Below are positions 41,569-51,445 of a DNA stretch of 64,000 nt, in pieces. The stretch's first letter is position 1, and the number at the start of each line of letters is the position of its first letter. The DNA comes from an uncultured Marinilabiliaceae bacterium. Its GTDB lineage: Bacteria > Bacteroidota > Bacteroidia > Bacteroidales > Marinilabiliaceae. The notes under the pieces were generated by a model. That model was not told the DNA's origin and searched no databases. It was given only the letters and a program-made list of their open reading frames with translations. Made by a program: the position numbers and the translations under genes. The stretch lies in assembly GCA_964608615.1 (NCBI GenBank), contig CAZSQG010000005.1, positions 23,651 through 87,650 of the forward strand. The letters are read 5' to 3'.

Positions 41569-42039
41569 ATGGATCAATATTTACAACATTTTTTGTATCC
41601 TTCAACACTGTTTGCCAGTAAAGACCCTTATATGGTTAAAACCATACTGGGTTCGTGCGTAGCAATATGCCTCTACGATCCGGTTCAGAAGGTGGGTGGA
41701 ATAAACCACTATATGTTATCTAACTGGAACGGAAAAGATTTGGCTTCGCCCAAATATGGTAATATAGCCATAGAAAAACTGATTGAACGAATGTTGCATT
41801 ATGGATGTAAAAAAGAAAATCTACAAGCAAAAATTTTCGGTGGTGGCGATTTGATTGCTGCCGGCCGGAGTGCAATGCTAATAGGTGAGCGCAATATAAG
41901 GGTCGCCCGATTAATATTAGAAGAGAAAAACATTCCAATTATTGCCTCCAGTACAGGCGGTAGAAAAGGACGGAAAATTTTGTTCTTTACTGATACAGGC
42001 GAGGTAAGGCATAAATTTCTTGAGAAAAAAGAGTATTAA
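41569..42039 (+). CDS. cheD: Chemoreceptor glutamine deamidase CheD
   Basis: The LGSCVAICLYD catalytic Cys motif, GINHYMLS and KIFGGG are present. Confidence 0.9.
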   Translation: MDQYLQHFLYPSTLFASKDPYMVKTILGSCVAICLYDPVQKVGGINHYMLSNWNGKDLASPKYGNIAIEKLIERMLHYGCKKENLQAKIFGGGDLIAAGRSAMLIGERNIRVARLILEEKNIPIIASSTGGRKGRKILFFTDTGEVRHKFLEKKEY

Positions 42040-42060
42040 TCTTGTGGCAAGTTTATAGTA

Positions 42061-43143
42061 ATGATGGAGAAAAAAATTAGGGTATTAGTCGTAGATGATT
42101 CAGCGGTAGTCAGGCAAAGCCTTACCTCAATTCTGGAATCCGATCCGGATATTGAAGTAATGGGTACAGCTGCAGACCCCCTGATCGCTGTACGAAAAAT
42201 AATGAAGGAGATCCCTGATGTTATTACTCTTGATATTGAAATGCCTCGCATGGATGGACTCACCTTCCTGCGAAAGATAATGTCGCAACACCCCATTCCT
42301 GTTGTTGTAATTTCGTCATTAACCAGTCAGGGAACCGAGGTGGCAATGAAAGCGCTTGAATATGGTGCTTCAGAGATAATAGGCAAACCCGCAATGAATG
42401 CAGCCCAATTCTTTAATGAATCTCGAATATTACTTTGCGATGCAGTAAAAGCTGCTTCACAAGTTAAACTATCCAGACTAAAAATCACGAATACTCCATC
42501 ATTTGATTTAGTTAAGCCAAAATACTCAGCCGATATCATTCTTGAAAAAGCAACTCTCAAAAGTCGTATTGTAGACACTGAAAAAATTATTGTACTTGGT
42601 GCTTCAACGGGGGGAACGGAAGCTATACGTTTGCTTCTGCGTAACCTTCCGGCAAGGATGCCAGGTATTGCCATTGTACAACACATGCCCGAAGGCTTCA
42701 CCAAATCGTTTGCAAAAAGTCTCAATGCAAATTCGGAATTGGAGGTAAAAGAAGCAGAAGATGGTGATCGTATTTATCAGGGACGCGTACTTATTGCTCC
42801 CGGTAATTATCATATGTTGCTTAAAAGAATAGGGAAAGAGTATTCAGTAGAAGTAAGAGAAGGTCCTTTGGTTAACAGACACCGACCCTCGGTGGATGTT
42901 CTTTTTCGTTCAGCGGCCAGATATGCCGGTCAAAATGCTACAGGGATACTTCTTACCGGAATGGGTGCTGATGGCGCAAAAGGATTATTGGAACTAAAAG
43001 AAGCCGGAGCCCATACAATTGCTCAGGATCAACAATCTTCCGTTGTTTTTGGTATGCCTAAGGAGGCGATAAAACTTGGTGCAGCTGACGAAATATTAGG
43101 AATGAATAACATTGCACCCTATCTGGTGAAGAAGTTTTATTAA
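42061..43143 (+). CDS. cheB: Chemotaxis response regulator protein-glutamate methylesterase CheB (REC + esterase)
   Basis: The REC domain has VLVVDDS and [12 protein letters not shown]. The esterase triad context is LGASTGG, VQHMP and TGMGADGA. Confidence 0.95.
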   Translation: MMEKKIRVLVVDDSAVVRQSLTSILESDPDIEVMGTAADPLIAVRKIMKEIPDVITLDIEMPRMDGLTFLRKIMSQHPIPVVVISSLTSQGTEVAMKALEYGASEIIGKPAMNAAQFFNESRILLCDAVKAASQVKLSRLKITNTPSFDLVKPKYSADIILEKATLKSRIVDTEKIIVLGASTGGTEAIRLLLRNLPARMPGIAIVQHMPEGFTKSFAKSLNANSELEVKEAEDGDRIYQGRVLIAPGNYHMLLKRIGKEYSVEVREGPLVNRHRPSVDVLFRSAARYAGQNATGILLTGMGADGAKGLLELKEAGAHTIAQDQQSSVVFGMPKEAIKLGAADEILGMNNIAPYLVKKFY

Positions 43144-43286
43144 CCCTTTTTATTATGAATCGTATAATAGTATCATTGAAGTTTAAATATTAAAAGCCAA
43201 CACTAAATAATTTGATTAATAATTAGTTATGTAGAATTATTAAGTTGGTAAAAAAAGACCAATCAGCCTAACAAAAAAATTGTGGC

Positions 43287-45164
43287 ATGAAAAAAATACA
43301 GCCAAAAGCACTAATTACAAAATACACCTTCATTGGTACAACATTAGGAGTATTCATAACCCTGGTAATTTTTCTGCTAAGCATGGATTCTCCACAATAT
43401 AAATTATCCAACAGCTCTATTACAAGCTTGTTCACTATGTTTCCTGCCCTATGGGCTGCTCTGTGCCTTCCTTTCATTAGTGGAATAGCTGGTTTTTTCC
43501 TTGCAAAAAGCTTTTCGAAGATCATTAAAAAACAAACCAATAAGCTTAAAAAAGAAGCCAGTAAAACCAAAATGGTGCTTTCATTTATTGACAATCTCAG
43601 ACAAAATAAACTGGAAGAGGTTATAAAAGTAAAAGATGAAAATGATCCTCTTACTCAAGCGTTAGTCAATTTGCGAAGATTTATGATTCATAGTAAGGAA
43701 GAACAGGAAAAGCGTCGCATTGAAGAAGAACAACGAAACTGGGTTACAGAAGGATTAGCTCAATTTGGAGAAATACTACGACAAAATAACGATAACCTTG
43801 AAGAAATATCTTTAACAATAATCCGATACCTGGTAACTTATATTAAAGTCAATCAGGGCGGTGTTTTTCTTGCAAACAAGACAAAGTCGGGGGAAAAAGT
43901 TTTAGAAATGACCGCCTGTGTTGCTTATGACCGAAAAAAGTTTGCCGATAAAATTGTAAAATGGGGCGAAGGCCTACTGGGTAGATGTGCTTTAGAAAAA
44001 GAAACCATATTCATTACTGACGTACCCAACCAATATATTAATATCACTTCCGGACTTGGCGATTCTAACCCAGGAACGCTTTTGCTGGTACCATTAAAGA
44101 CTAACGAAGAAATATATGGAGTAATTGAGCTTGCTTCGTTCCAGGTTCTCCAAAGATTTGAAATTGAGTTTGTTGAAAAAACTGCCGAGAGCATTGCTTC
44201 TACAATATCAACAGTAAAAAATAATATACAAACCAATAATCTTCTGCGCGAAACACAGATACAAGCCGAAAAAATGTCCCAGCAGGAAGAAGAATTGCGT
44301 CAGAATCTTGAAGAAATGCGTGCAACACAAGAAGAAAGCGACAGACGGGAAGTTGAACGGAAAGGTATTCTTGAAGCAATTGACCATGCAGCTATTTCAT
44401 GCGAATTCGATACATCCGGAACGCTCTTATCAATTAACGATAATTTTCTTAAAACATTTAAGTATAAACCCGAAGAGGTTGAAGGTCAAAACCTGAAAAT
44501 ATTCTTTTTTAAGGATGATGTAGGAGAGCTTGACCGGATTCTTGCCGACCTCTCAAATGGACACAACTTTAGGGGCCGCGTACGCAGAAGAACCAAAGCC
44601 GGTGAAGAAATTTATTTACTCACAACTTATAGTCCGGTAATAGATCATAATGGGGAAATTCTTAAAATTCTGAGTCTTGAAAACGATGTAACCGAACAAG
44701 TTGAATTGGAAGAAGCCCTTAAACATTCCAAGGAAGAACTTGGACTCTTACTAGAAGACGCCAGAAATGAAGTTATGGAACAGTTTAAAGAAATTGAGTC
44801 TGTTAAAATCCGTAACGAAAAAACCCTTGAAGGAGCTCTTGATGCAATAATTACCACCAACAAAGAAGGAACTTTAGAGTTTTTTAATCTGGCTGCTGAG
44901 AAATTGTGGGGTTACGAAAGAAATGAAGTACTTGGACAAAATGTTTCAATGTTATTTTCTAAAGAAACATCTAAAACCAACGAATTCGTTTCTGCTTTTA
45001 TCTCCATTGATGGTGAGAAAATTGTAGGAGAAAGACGGGAAATTCCTATCAGGAATAAATATGGAGAAGACATTTCAGTTCTTTTCTTACTATCAGAAGC
45101 AAAAGTGGGCGATGATCACTCCTTTACGGCTTTCATCCAGAATGTAGAAGTTGAACTTTTTTAA
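43287..45164 (+). CDS. Membrane-anchored GAF + 2x PAS sensor protein without recognisable output domain
   Basis: Two N-terminal TM helices and a coiled coil precede a GAF domain (NQGGVFL...GEGLLGR...ITSGLGDSNPGTLLLVPL...YGVIELASF). An E/Q-rich coiled coil (QQEEELRQNLEEMRATQEE) follows, then two PAS-like domains. The protein ends directly after the second PAS domain. Confidence 0.8.
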   Translation: MKKIQPKALITKYTFIGTTLGVFITLVIFLLSMDSPQYKLSNSSITSLFTMFPALWAALCLPFISGIAGFFLAKSFSKIIKKQTNKLKKEASKTKMVLSFIDNLRQNKLEEVIKVKDENDPLTQALVNLRRFMIHSKEEQEKRRIEEEQRNWVTEGLAQFGEILRQNNDNLEEISLTIIRYLVTYIKVNQGGVFLANKTKSGEKVLEMTACVAYDRKKFADKIVKWGEGLLGRCALEKETIFITDVPNQYINITSGLGDSNPGTLLLVPLKTNEEIYGVIELASFQVLQRFEIEFVEKTAESIASTISTVKNNIQTNNLLRETQIQAEKMSQQEEELRQNLEEMRATQEESDRREVERKGILEAIDHAAISCEFDTSGTLLSINDNFLKTFKYKPEEVEGQNLKIFFFKDDVGELDRILADLSNGHNFRGRVRRRTKAGEEIYLLTTYSPVIDHNGEILKILSLENDVTEQVELEEALKHSKEELGLLLEDARNEVMEQFKEIESVKIRNEKTLEGALDAIITTNKEGTLEFFNLAAEKLWGYERNEVLGQNVSMLFSKETSKTNEFVSAFISIDGEKIVGERREIPIRNKYGEDISVLFLLSEAKVGDDHSFTAFIQNVEVELF

Positions 45165-45179
45165 TATAAACCCTTAAGA

Positions 45180-46025
45180 ATGCAGGAAAGCGAAGAGGAT
45201 ATTACTTTTAAAGAATATCTGCAAATACTTAAGGACTCCTCACCATACGATTTCAGTGAGTATTCAGATAATTCAATTTTTCGCCGCTTACATAAAGTTA
45301 TGCGCGATTATCATATTAGTCTTAATGAGCTCGTTAAAAAAACGAAAACTGACAGAGATTTTGTTGAAGAAATAGTTGAAGCTATAACGGTTAACACTAC
45401 CGAGCTCTTTCGCGATCCATCGGTTTGGATGTTTATTCTTGAAAAGCTGCTCCCTCCTTTAGCAAATAAACCAAACATCAACATCTGGCATGCCGGATGT
45501 TCTTCGGGCCAGGAAGTTTATTCCAACCTCATTTTGCTTGACCATCTTGGACTTTTAGAACACTCCAATATATATGCAACCGACATCAGCCAGAAAGTTC
45601 TTGATCAGGCTAAAAAGGGTGTTTACAAATACCGTTTCAACCTGAATTACATCGAGAACTTCAACCAGGTACTCAACCTCAAAAATAAAGAAGATTTTTC
45701 CAAGTATTTTGATATAAATGAATCGGAAGATAAAATCGTTGTTAAGGATTTTTTAAGAAAGATACCTAAGTTTATAAAACACGATCTGGTTCAGGAAAAA
45801 ATGCCGTTTTATAATAAATTTGACATCATCTTTTGCCGTAATGTTTTGATTTATTTCAACACAGGACTTCAATCAAGAATTATACAACGGTTTTATGATA
45901 ACCTTTTCCCCGGTGGATCGTTGGTTTTGGGAACACATGAAGCCATAACAGGTTTTTTCAAAACTAAATTTATTAAGACCGGATTAATTTATTCAAAAAG
46001 CAACGTGTTTCATTTTAAATCTTAA
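45180..46025 (+). CDS. CheR-type methyltransferase (second, orphan copy)
   Basis: TELFRDPSVW, the SAM motif IWHAGCSSGQEVYS and DIIFCRNVLIYFN are present. Confidence 0.85.
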   Translation: MQESEEDITFKEYLQILKDSSPYDFSEYSDNSIFRRLHKVMRDYHISLNELVKKTKTDRDFVEEIVEAITVNTTELFRDPSVWMFILEKLLPPLANKPNINIWHAGCSSGQEVYSNLILLDHLGLLEHSNIYATDISQKVLDQAKKGVYKYRFNLNYIENFNQVLNLKNKEDFSKYFDINESEDKIVVKDFLRKIPKFIKHDLVQEKMPFYNKFDIIFCRNVLIYFNTGLQSRIIQRFYDNLFPGGSLVLGTHEAITGFFKTKFIKTGLIYSKSNVFHFKS

Positions 46026-46033
46026 GAAAAACC

Positions 46034-46858
46034 GTGAACTTTAGTATAAATGAAATAAAGGAAATTACGCTCTCTATGTTAACATACCCTAACATGGACT
46101 ATACTAATTATTCCATTTCGTTTTTAAAGCGAAAATTCTCTTCAGTTTTCGCTAAACTTAATATTAAAAGAAAAGAACAACTTTATGAAAGGTTAAAAAA
46201 GAAGGACTTCAGGGATCAACTCATTACCCAAATGCTTGTGGAAAACACAGAAATGTTTCGCGATCCTGCCTTTTGGAGACTTCTTAGAGATAAAGTAATT
46301 CCCTTATTGCCTGACAACTCAACTGTATGGTTACCAAACGAAAGCAGTGGCGAAGAAGCATATTCAGTTTCGGTTTTGCTAAATGAAAAAAAAGTTGCTT
46401 CTAAAATTAAAATTATTTGCAATAATCCATCTTTAGAGATGTGCAACTCCATTAACCAAGGCCATTTAAACGGGAAACATTTTGACATAAATCTTACCAA
46501 CTACCGTCGTCTGGAAGAAAACGACTTTTTCGATGAGTATTTTTCACTCGAAAACAATGATCTGGTTGTTTGTAATAAACTAAGGGGAAACGTAAATTGT
46601 AAATATGGGTTTATTTCCGACACCATTCCTACAGAAGATATATCCCTAATTCTTTTCAGAAACATAGCGATTTATTATAATAATCGACTTGCCAATACTG
46701 TTTTCAATATATTATATGAGAAACTAATTCCCGGTGGATACCTCGTTATTGGAGTTAAAGAACAATTACCCTCAGGTATAGCAGAAAAAATGATAACAGT
46801 TAATGAAACAGAAAAAATATTTAAAAAACCCTTAGCCCAAACTAATGGATATTCTTAA
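46034..46858 (+). CDS. CheR-like protein with degenerate SAM-binding motif
   Basis: The start codon is GTG. TEMFRDPAFW is retained, but the motif equivalent to WSAGCSSGEE reads WLPNESSGEE, and FCRNVLIYF reads LFRNIAIYY. Confidence 0.75.
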   Translation: MNFSINEIKEITLSMLTYPNMDYTNYSISFLKRKFSSVFAKLNIKRKEQLYERLKKKDFRDQLITQMLVENTEMFRDPAFWRLLRDKVIPLLPDNSTVWLPNESSGEEAYSVSVLLNEKKVASKIKIICNNPSLEMCNSINQGHLNGKHFDINLTNYRRLEENDFFDEYFSLENNDLVVCNKLRGNVNCKYGFISDTIPTEDISLILFRNIAIYYNNRLANTVFNILYEKLIPGGYLVIGVKEQLPSGIAEKMITVNETEKIFKKPLAQTNGYS

Positions 46859-47429
46859 AATTGACCGATGTTTTAAACTCATTGTTATGGGGGGTTCTGC
46901 AGGTAGTTTTTCTGTGGTTTCAAAAATACTGTCTCAAATTAAGCCTGATTTTAATATCCCCATAATCCTGTCGCTCCATCGTCTGAAACATGTGCGTTCA
47001 GGCTTGGTTGAAAGCTTAAGCTTTAAATCGGTTTTAAAGTTAATAGAGCCAAACGATAAAGAAAAAATCCGCCCTAATATGGCGTATCTCGCTCCTTCTA
47101 ACTACCATCTTTTCATAGAATATGACGGTCATTTTTCATTATCTACCGAAGAATCTCTCAACCATAGCAGGCCTTCTATTGATCACTCATTTTCATCGGC
47201 AGGCGATGCATATCGCGAAAAAACACTTGGAATTCTACTAACCGGAGCAAATAAAGATGGAGCACAGGGATTAAAAAACATATACGATCACAAGGGTTTT
47301 ACAATTGTTCAAGATCCAAAAACCTGTGATATTGAAACCATGCCACAATCGGCCCTTAAGCTTTTTAATCCCAATATGATATTATCTCCCGATCAAATTA
47401 TTCTTTTCCTTAACAACCTGCCACAATGA
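46845..47429 (+). CDS. CheB-type methylesterase domain protein lacking a receiver domain
   Basis: 194 aa with MGGSAGS (Ser nucleophile context), SLHRLKH and LTGANKDGAQG, which parallel the CheB esterase motifs. It overlaps the preceding gene by 14 nt. Confidence 0.8.
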   Translation: MDILKIDRCFKLIVMGGSAGSFSVVSKILSQIKPDFNIPIILSLHRLKHVRSGLVESLSFKSVLKLIEPNDKEKIRPNMAYLAPSNYHLFIEYDGHFSLSTEESLNHSRPSIDHSFSSAGDAYREKTLGILLTGANKDGAQGLKNIYDHKGFTIVQDPKTCDIETMPQSALKLFNPNMILSPDQIILFLNNLPQ

Positions 47430-48199
47430 ATATTCAAAAAAAAATTAACAAACCGTTTACATACTGGTTTTTTCTGTTGGCAGGAATCGTATTCCTGCTT
47501 ACAATAACCCGACACTTTCTTTTTGAGTCAAAGGCAGAGCCAATGTTCTATTATTTTGAGATAATTTCATTTATAGTATTTATGGTAATGCTTTTACTAA
47601 CAGAGAAACAATGTGCTAGTTTTCAGGAGCAAATCAGGCTACTTAATGAAACATATAAAAATGACAAAACTGAATGGCAAAATAAAATCCTTGATTTACA
47701 AAACAACCTTTCAGTTTTTGAAAAAGAAGAGAAAGAGGTACAAGGCATGTTAATTAAACAGGAAACTATTATAAAACAGGTTTTTGATAACAAAAGCAAT
47801 AAAAAGGGAAACACAAGTTTTCTTTATTTATTTTCGGAAGCAACTCATGCCTCGGCAGCAATTCTTTACAAAGAAACAAAACCCTCGGGTGGTTTTATCG
47901 TACAAGATTCTTACGGATTACCAGAAGATTTTTCACCGCAATCATTTGAACGTGGAGAAGGACTTTGTGGCCAAACGGTAATAGATGGAGTTCCTCTGTT
48001 AATTGAAGATATTCCTGACGATTACTTTATGATGTTATCAGGGCTTGGAAAAGCTAAACCAAAATTTATCTATTTCCTGCCGGTAATGGATAATAATAAT
48101 TGCATAGCTTTAATAGAATTAGCTACCTTTAAAAAAAACGACCTGGAAAAAATGTGGCAGGGCATTTCAACCAAAATAATTGATAAAGGAATTTTATAA
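47426..48199 (+). CDS. Membrane-anchored GAF-domain protein
   Basis: Two TM helices and a coiled coil precede a GAF-like domain (GEGLCGQ...MLSGLGKAKPKFIYFLPV...CIALIELATF). It overlaps the CheB-like gene by 4 nt. Confidence 0.7.
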   Translation: MNIQKKINKPFTYWFFLLAGIVFLLTITRHFLFESKAEPMFYYFEIISFIVFMVMLLLTEKQCASFQEQIRLLNETYKNDKTEWQNKILDLQNNLSVFEKEEKEVQGMLIKQETIIKQVFDNKSNKKGNTSFLYLFSEATHASAAILYKETKPSGGFIVQDSYGLPEDFSPQSFERGEGLCGQTVIDGVPLLIEDIPDDYFMMLSGLGKAKPKFIYFLPVMDNNNCIALIELATFKKNDLEKMWQGISTKIIDKGIL

Positions 48200-48208
48200 A
48201 AAAACTAA

Positions 48209-50827
48209 ATGTCGTTTAAACCTGAAAATATAAGTATAAAAGATTTGAGAAGAGCTATCTCCCTTAAGGAGATCTCGTATTCAAAGAAGTTTATTCTATA
48301 TACTTCTTTCATACTTCTTTTTATTCTTTCTTGGTCAGGCTTTTTAGCTCTGGAAAAAACCAATTTTTCACTACTGAGTATTATAGCTCTTCACAAAAAT
48401 GCTCTGGTTTGGTTTACCGACTTTCTTATTTTTGGAGTTGCTTTTTCGGGTATTGTTTACTTTAACCTTTTAAAATCCAAAACCGAAAAACTAAAAAACA
48501 AAGTTTATGAACTTAACGAAAGAATACAGGTTAACATTGAACTTGCAAATAATCTTAAATATGCAAATTGGGAAAAACTCCAAGCCAATGGAGACATCTT
48601 ATCCCAAACATTATTAGAACTTGGACTTAACATTAGAGACAGTAAAAAAAGAGAAGAAGAACAAAACTGGATTACAAACGGGAAAGATCTGATTTCAGAT
48701 TTGCTTAGAAATTCTCATAACCTGGAGGATCTATCCGTTTCAGTTATTAAAGCTCTAATCAACTATATGGGTGGCATACAAGGTGCTTTTTACCTAAATC
48801 AAGGGAGCGTACTTAAAAGAAGTGCTATGTATGCCTATGGGCGTCGACGCTTTGAATACAATGAAATACCAATTGGTAAGGGCCTTATTGGTGCCTCCGC
48901 TTATGAAAAAGCCATAATTTTTCGGTCCGAAATTCCCGAAGATTACTTTATTGTAACCTCAGGTCTTATAGGAGAGCAAAAACCTAAAAGCATATTACTG
49001 ATTCCTTTACTTCAGGAAGAGGATTTACAAGGTGTTTTGGAAATAGCCTTTCTGGAAACTCGTCTTCCAAAATATAAAAACATTTTTGCCGAGGAGGTAG
49101 GTTCAATAATTGGACAAACAATTTACAACCTAAAAATTACCACCCGTACCGAAATGTTGCTTAAGGAATCGCAGGAAATGACCACCATTCTTAGGGAAAA
49201 CGAAGAAAAACTGCGCCAAAACGCAAGAGAAATGATTGTTGGTCAGGAAGAACTCGAACGTAGCAACCAGATGCTTGAATCACAAATACAGGAGGTTGCA
49301 AACTCCCAAAAGAAACTTGAAGCATTGCTTACCAACGCCTCTGAATTCATCTCAATTTATGACGAAAACCAAATCCTTGTTTTTGAAAGTCCTTCAGTTA
49401 AGAGAATTCTGGGTTATTCTGATTCAGACATCATAAATGGCATGGATCCCGAAATATTAACTCCCAGAGGTTTAAAAACAATAAATCGATTATTCCAATT
49501 CCTACTTGATACCCCAGGAGGTGAACAAATTGCACAATACACTTATTTAAGGAAAAATGGGGAGAAGCTTTTTCTGGAGACTAAAGGAAAAAACTTACTT
49601 CACGATCAGGCAATCAGAGGTATAATTTTTAATACTCAGGATATAACCGAACGAAAACGTGCCGAAAAAGAGGAACGTATGAAAAGCCGGATGCAAAGCT
49701 TATCGGAAAATTCTCCTGATATGATCATCCGAATTAACTTATTGGGAAAGCTTGTTTATGTAAACCCTGCTGTTTCAAGATTCATTGACATTCCAGCGTC
49801 TGAACTTGTTAAGAAACGAATACCCGATTTAATGATCGATCCTCGTTTTATTGAATTCATGCAGGAAACATTAGCTTCCGTACGAGATCAACAACAACAA
49901 ATTATTTCGGAGGTTGCTGTAAGCTCAAATGATGGCGAACGAATTATGGAGATTAAAGTAATCCCTGAATTAGGTGAAGAGGGCGAACTTGAAACCATAC
50001 TGTTCGTAGCTCATGATATGACTGATTTCAAAAAAATAGAACAGGAAATAAAGGAAAAAAATAAAAAGATTTCAGACAGTATTAACTATGCACAAAGGAT
50101 TCAAACATCCATTTTACCCAATACTGGGTTACTACAAGAATACTTTCCACGTTCATTTATCTTTTATCGTCCCAAAGATATAGTAAGTGGTGATTTCCCG
50201 TGGTTTTTCAGAAAAGATAATATATACTATGTTGCTGCAGTTGACTGCACAGGCCATGGTGTTCCGGGGGCTTTAATCAGTTTTATCGGACATTTCCTTT
50301 TAAACAACATTGTAAGCGTTGATAATAACTCAACTGCTGCCCAGATTATGGATAATCTCCATCTTGAGGTTAGAAGTACTTTAAAACAAGATCAGGAAGG
50401 AGCTACAGGGCGCGACGGAATGGATCTTGCATTATGCAAGATCGATCCCGATAATAAAATTCTTGAATTTGCCGGAGCTCATCGTCCTTTATATTATCTT
50501 CGAAAGGGAGAATTAACAGAATATCAAGGTACACGAAAAGGAATTGGAGGAATACCATTAGCAAAAAAAACTGAAAAAGATTTTGAAAATCATGTTATCC
50601 ACTATCAAAGTGGTGATCAAATATTTATTTTTAGTGATGGATTACCTGATCAGCTGGGAGGACCGGAACGTAAAAAATACCAGTCACGTCGTATTCGTGA
50701 AGCATTAACTGAAAAACAGAATGTTTCAATGGCTCATTTTTCGCGCCATTTTTCAATGGATTTTTACGACTGGCTGGGAGAAGAAAAACAAGTTGACGAT
50801 GTCCTTTTGATAGGAATTGAATTGTAA
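48209..50827 (+). CDS. Membrane GAF + 2x PAS + PP2C (SpoIIE/RsbU/SiaA-type) protein phosphatase
   Basis: TM helices precede a GAF domain (GIQGAFYL...GKGLIGA...VTSGLIGEQKPKSILLIPL...QGVLEIAFL). A coiled coil and two PAS domains follow. The C-terminal PP2C motifs are SGDFPWF, AVDCTGHGVPGA and FSDGLPDQ. Confidence 0.9.
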   Translation: MSFKPENISIKDLRRAISLKEISYSKKFILYTSFILLFILSWSGFLALEKTNFSLLSIIALHKNALVWFTDFLIFGVAFSGIVYFNLLKSKTEKLKNKVYELNERIQVNIELANNLKYANWEKLQANGDILSQTLLELGLNIRDSKKREEEQNWITNGKDLISDLLRNSHNLEDLSVSVIKALINYMGGIQGAFYLNQGSVLKRSAMYAYGRRRFEYNEIPIGKGLIGASAYEKAIIFRSEIPEDYFIVTSGLIGEQKPKSILLIPLLQEEDLQGVLEIAFLETRLPKYKNIFAEEVGSIIGQTIYNLKITTRTEMLLKESQEMTTILRENEEKLRQNAREMIVGQEELERSNQMLESQIQEVANSQKKLEALLTNASEFISIYDENQILVFESPSVKRILGYSDSDIINGMDPEILTPRGLKTINRLFQFLLDTPGGEQIAQYTYLRKNGEKLFLETKGKNLLHDQAIRGIIFNTQDITERKRAEKEERMKSRMQSLSENSPDMIIRINLLGKLVYVNPAVSRFIDIPASELVKKRIPDLMIDPRFIEFMQETLASVRDQQQQIISEVAVSSNDGERIMEIKVIPELGEEGELETILFVAHDMTDFKKIEQEIKEKNKKISDSINYAQRIQTSILPNTGLLQEYFPRSFIFYRPKDIVSGDFPWFFRKDNIYYVAAVDCTGHGVPGALISFIGHFLLNNIVSVDNNSTAAQIMDNLHLEVRSTLKQDQEGATGRDGMDLALCKIDPDNKILEFAGAHRPLYYLRKGELTEYQGTRKGIGGIPLAKKTEKDFENHVIHYQSGDQIFIFSDGLPDQLGGPERKKYQSRRIREALTEKQNVSMAHFSRHFSMDFYDWLGEEKQVDDVLLIGIEL

Positions 50828-50867
50828 CTATATTTACATAATTTTGGACAATTTTGAAATAAACACG

Positions 50868-51434
50868 ATGGAAAAGGAAAACCAAGGGTTTCTGGAGTTT
50901 GCTTATCAGCTCTATAAAACAATGAAAACCAATGAAATTAATTTGGTTTACGAAGGCGAGGTCACACAGGAAATAACCAAAACCTTTACCACTCTTACCG
51001 AAAAGAGTCTTTCGAAAAATGCCGAATCAAATACCGTTCAAAAAAAAGTATTCAATGTAATGGTTGAGTGTTTACAAAACATTAGTAAACACGCTGATTC
51101 TTTGAATGATGAAGATGAAGAACGTAGGGGAATTGTAATGGTTAGCAAGGGCGAGGATAGCTATAACATCATTACCGGCAACGTTATTAAAAACGAAAAA
51201 GTTCCAGAATTGAAAAAGAGCCTGGAGCTTATTAACAGTCTGGACAAAGAAGGCCTTTCCACATTGTTTAAACAACAAATTAGGGAAACAACCATTTCAG
51301 ATAAAGGTGGTGCCGGACTTGGACTAATTGACATTGCAAAAAAAACCGGGAGCAAGCTATCCTATCAGTTCAAAGAGCTAAACCAGAGTGTCTCTTTTTT
51401 CATTTTGACTTCTACCATTAAAAGAAACGGATAA
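50868..51434 (+). CDS. SiaB-like GHKL-type protein kinase (partner-switch kinase)
   Basis: About 188 aa from the ATG at 50868 (MEKENQGF), whereas the ORF-track start is upstream. An anti-sigma-kinase-like fold is suggested by ECLQNISKH and the ATP-lid GGAGLGLIDIAKKTG. It sits between a PP2C gene and a DUF1987 gene, as siaB does. Confidence 0.7.
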   Translation: MEKENQGFLEFAYQLYKTMKTNEINLVYEGEVTQEITKTFTTLTEKSLSKNAESNTVQKKVFNVMVECLQNISKHADSLNDEDEERRGIVMVSKGEDSYNIITGNVIKNEKVPELKKSLELINSLDKEGLSTLFKQQIRETTISDKGGAGLGLIDIAKKTGSKLSYQFKELNQSVSFFILTSTIKRNG

Positions 51435-51445
51435 AATAAGCAACC

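Noticed and set aside
36156-51355. Numerous 60-130-aa antisense ORFs inside the Che, GAF and Sia-like genes (for example 36156..36413, 36935..37168, 37340..37678, 38042..38329, 42036..42296, 42327..42725, 43268..43594, 43925..44236, 46216..46500, 50631..50885, 51072..51278).
   Set aside because: Each lies opposite, or out of frame with, a gene that has unambiguous domain motifs. None has motifs of its own.
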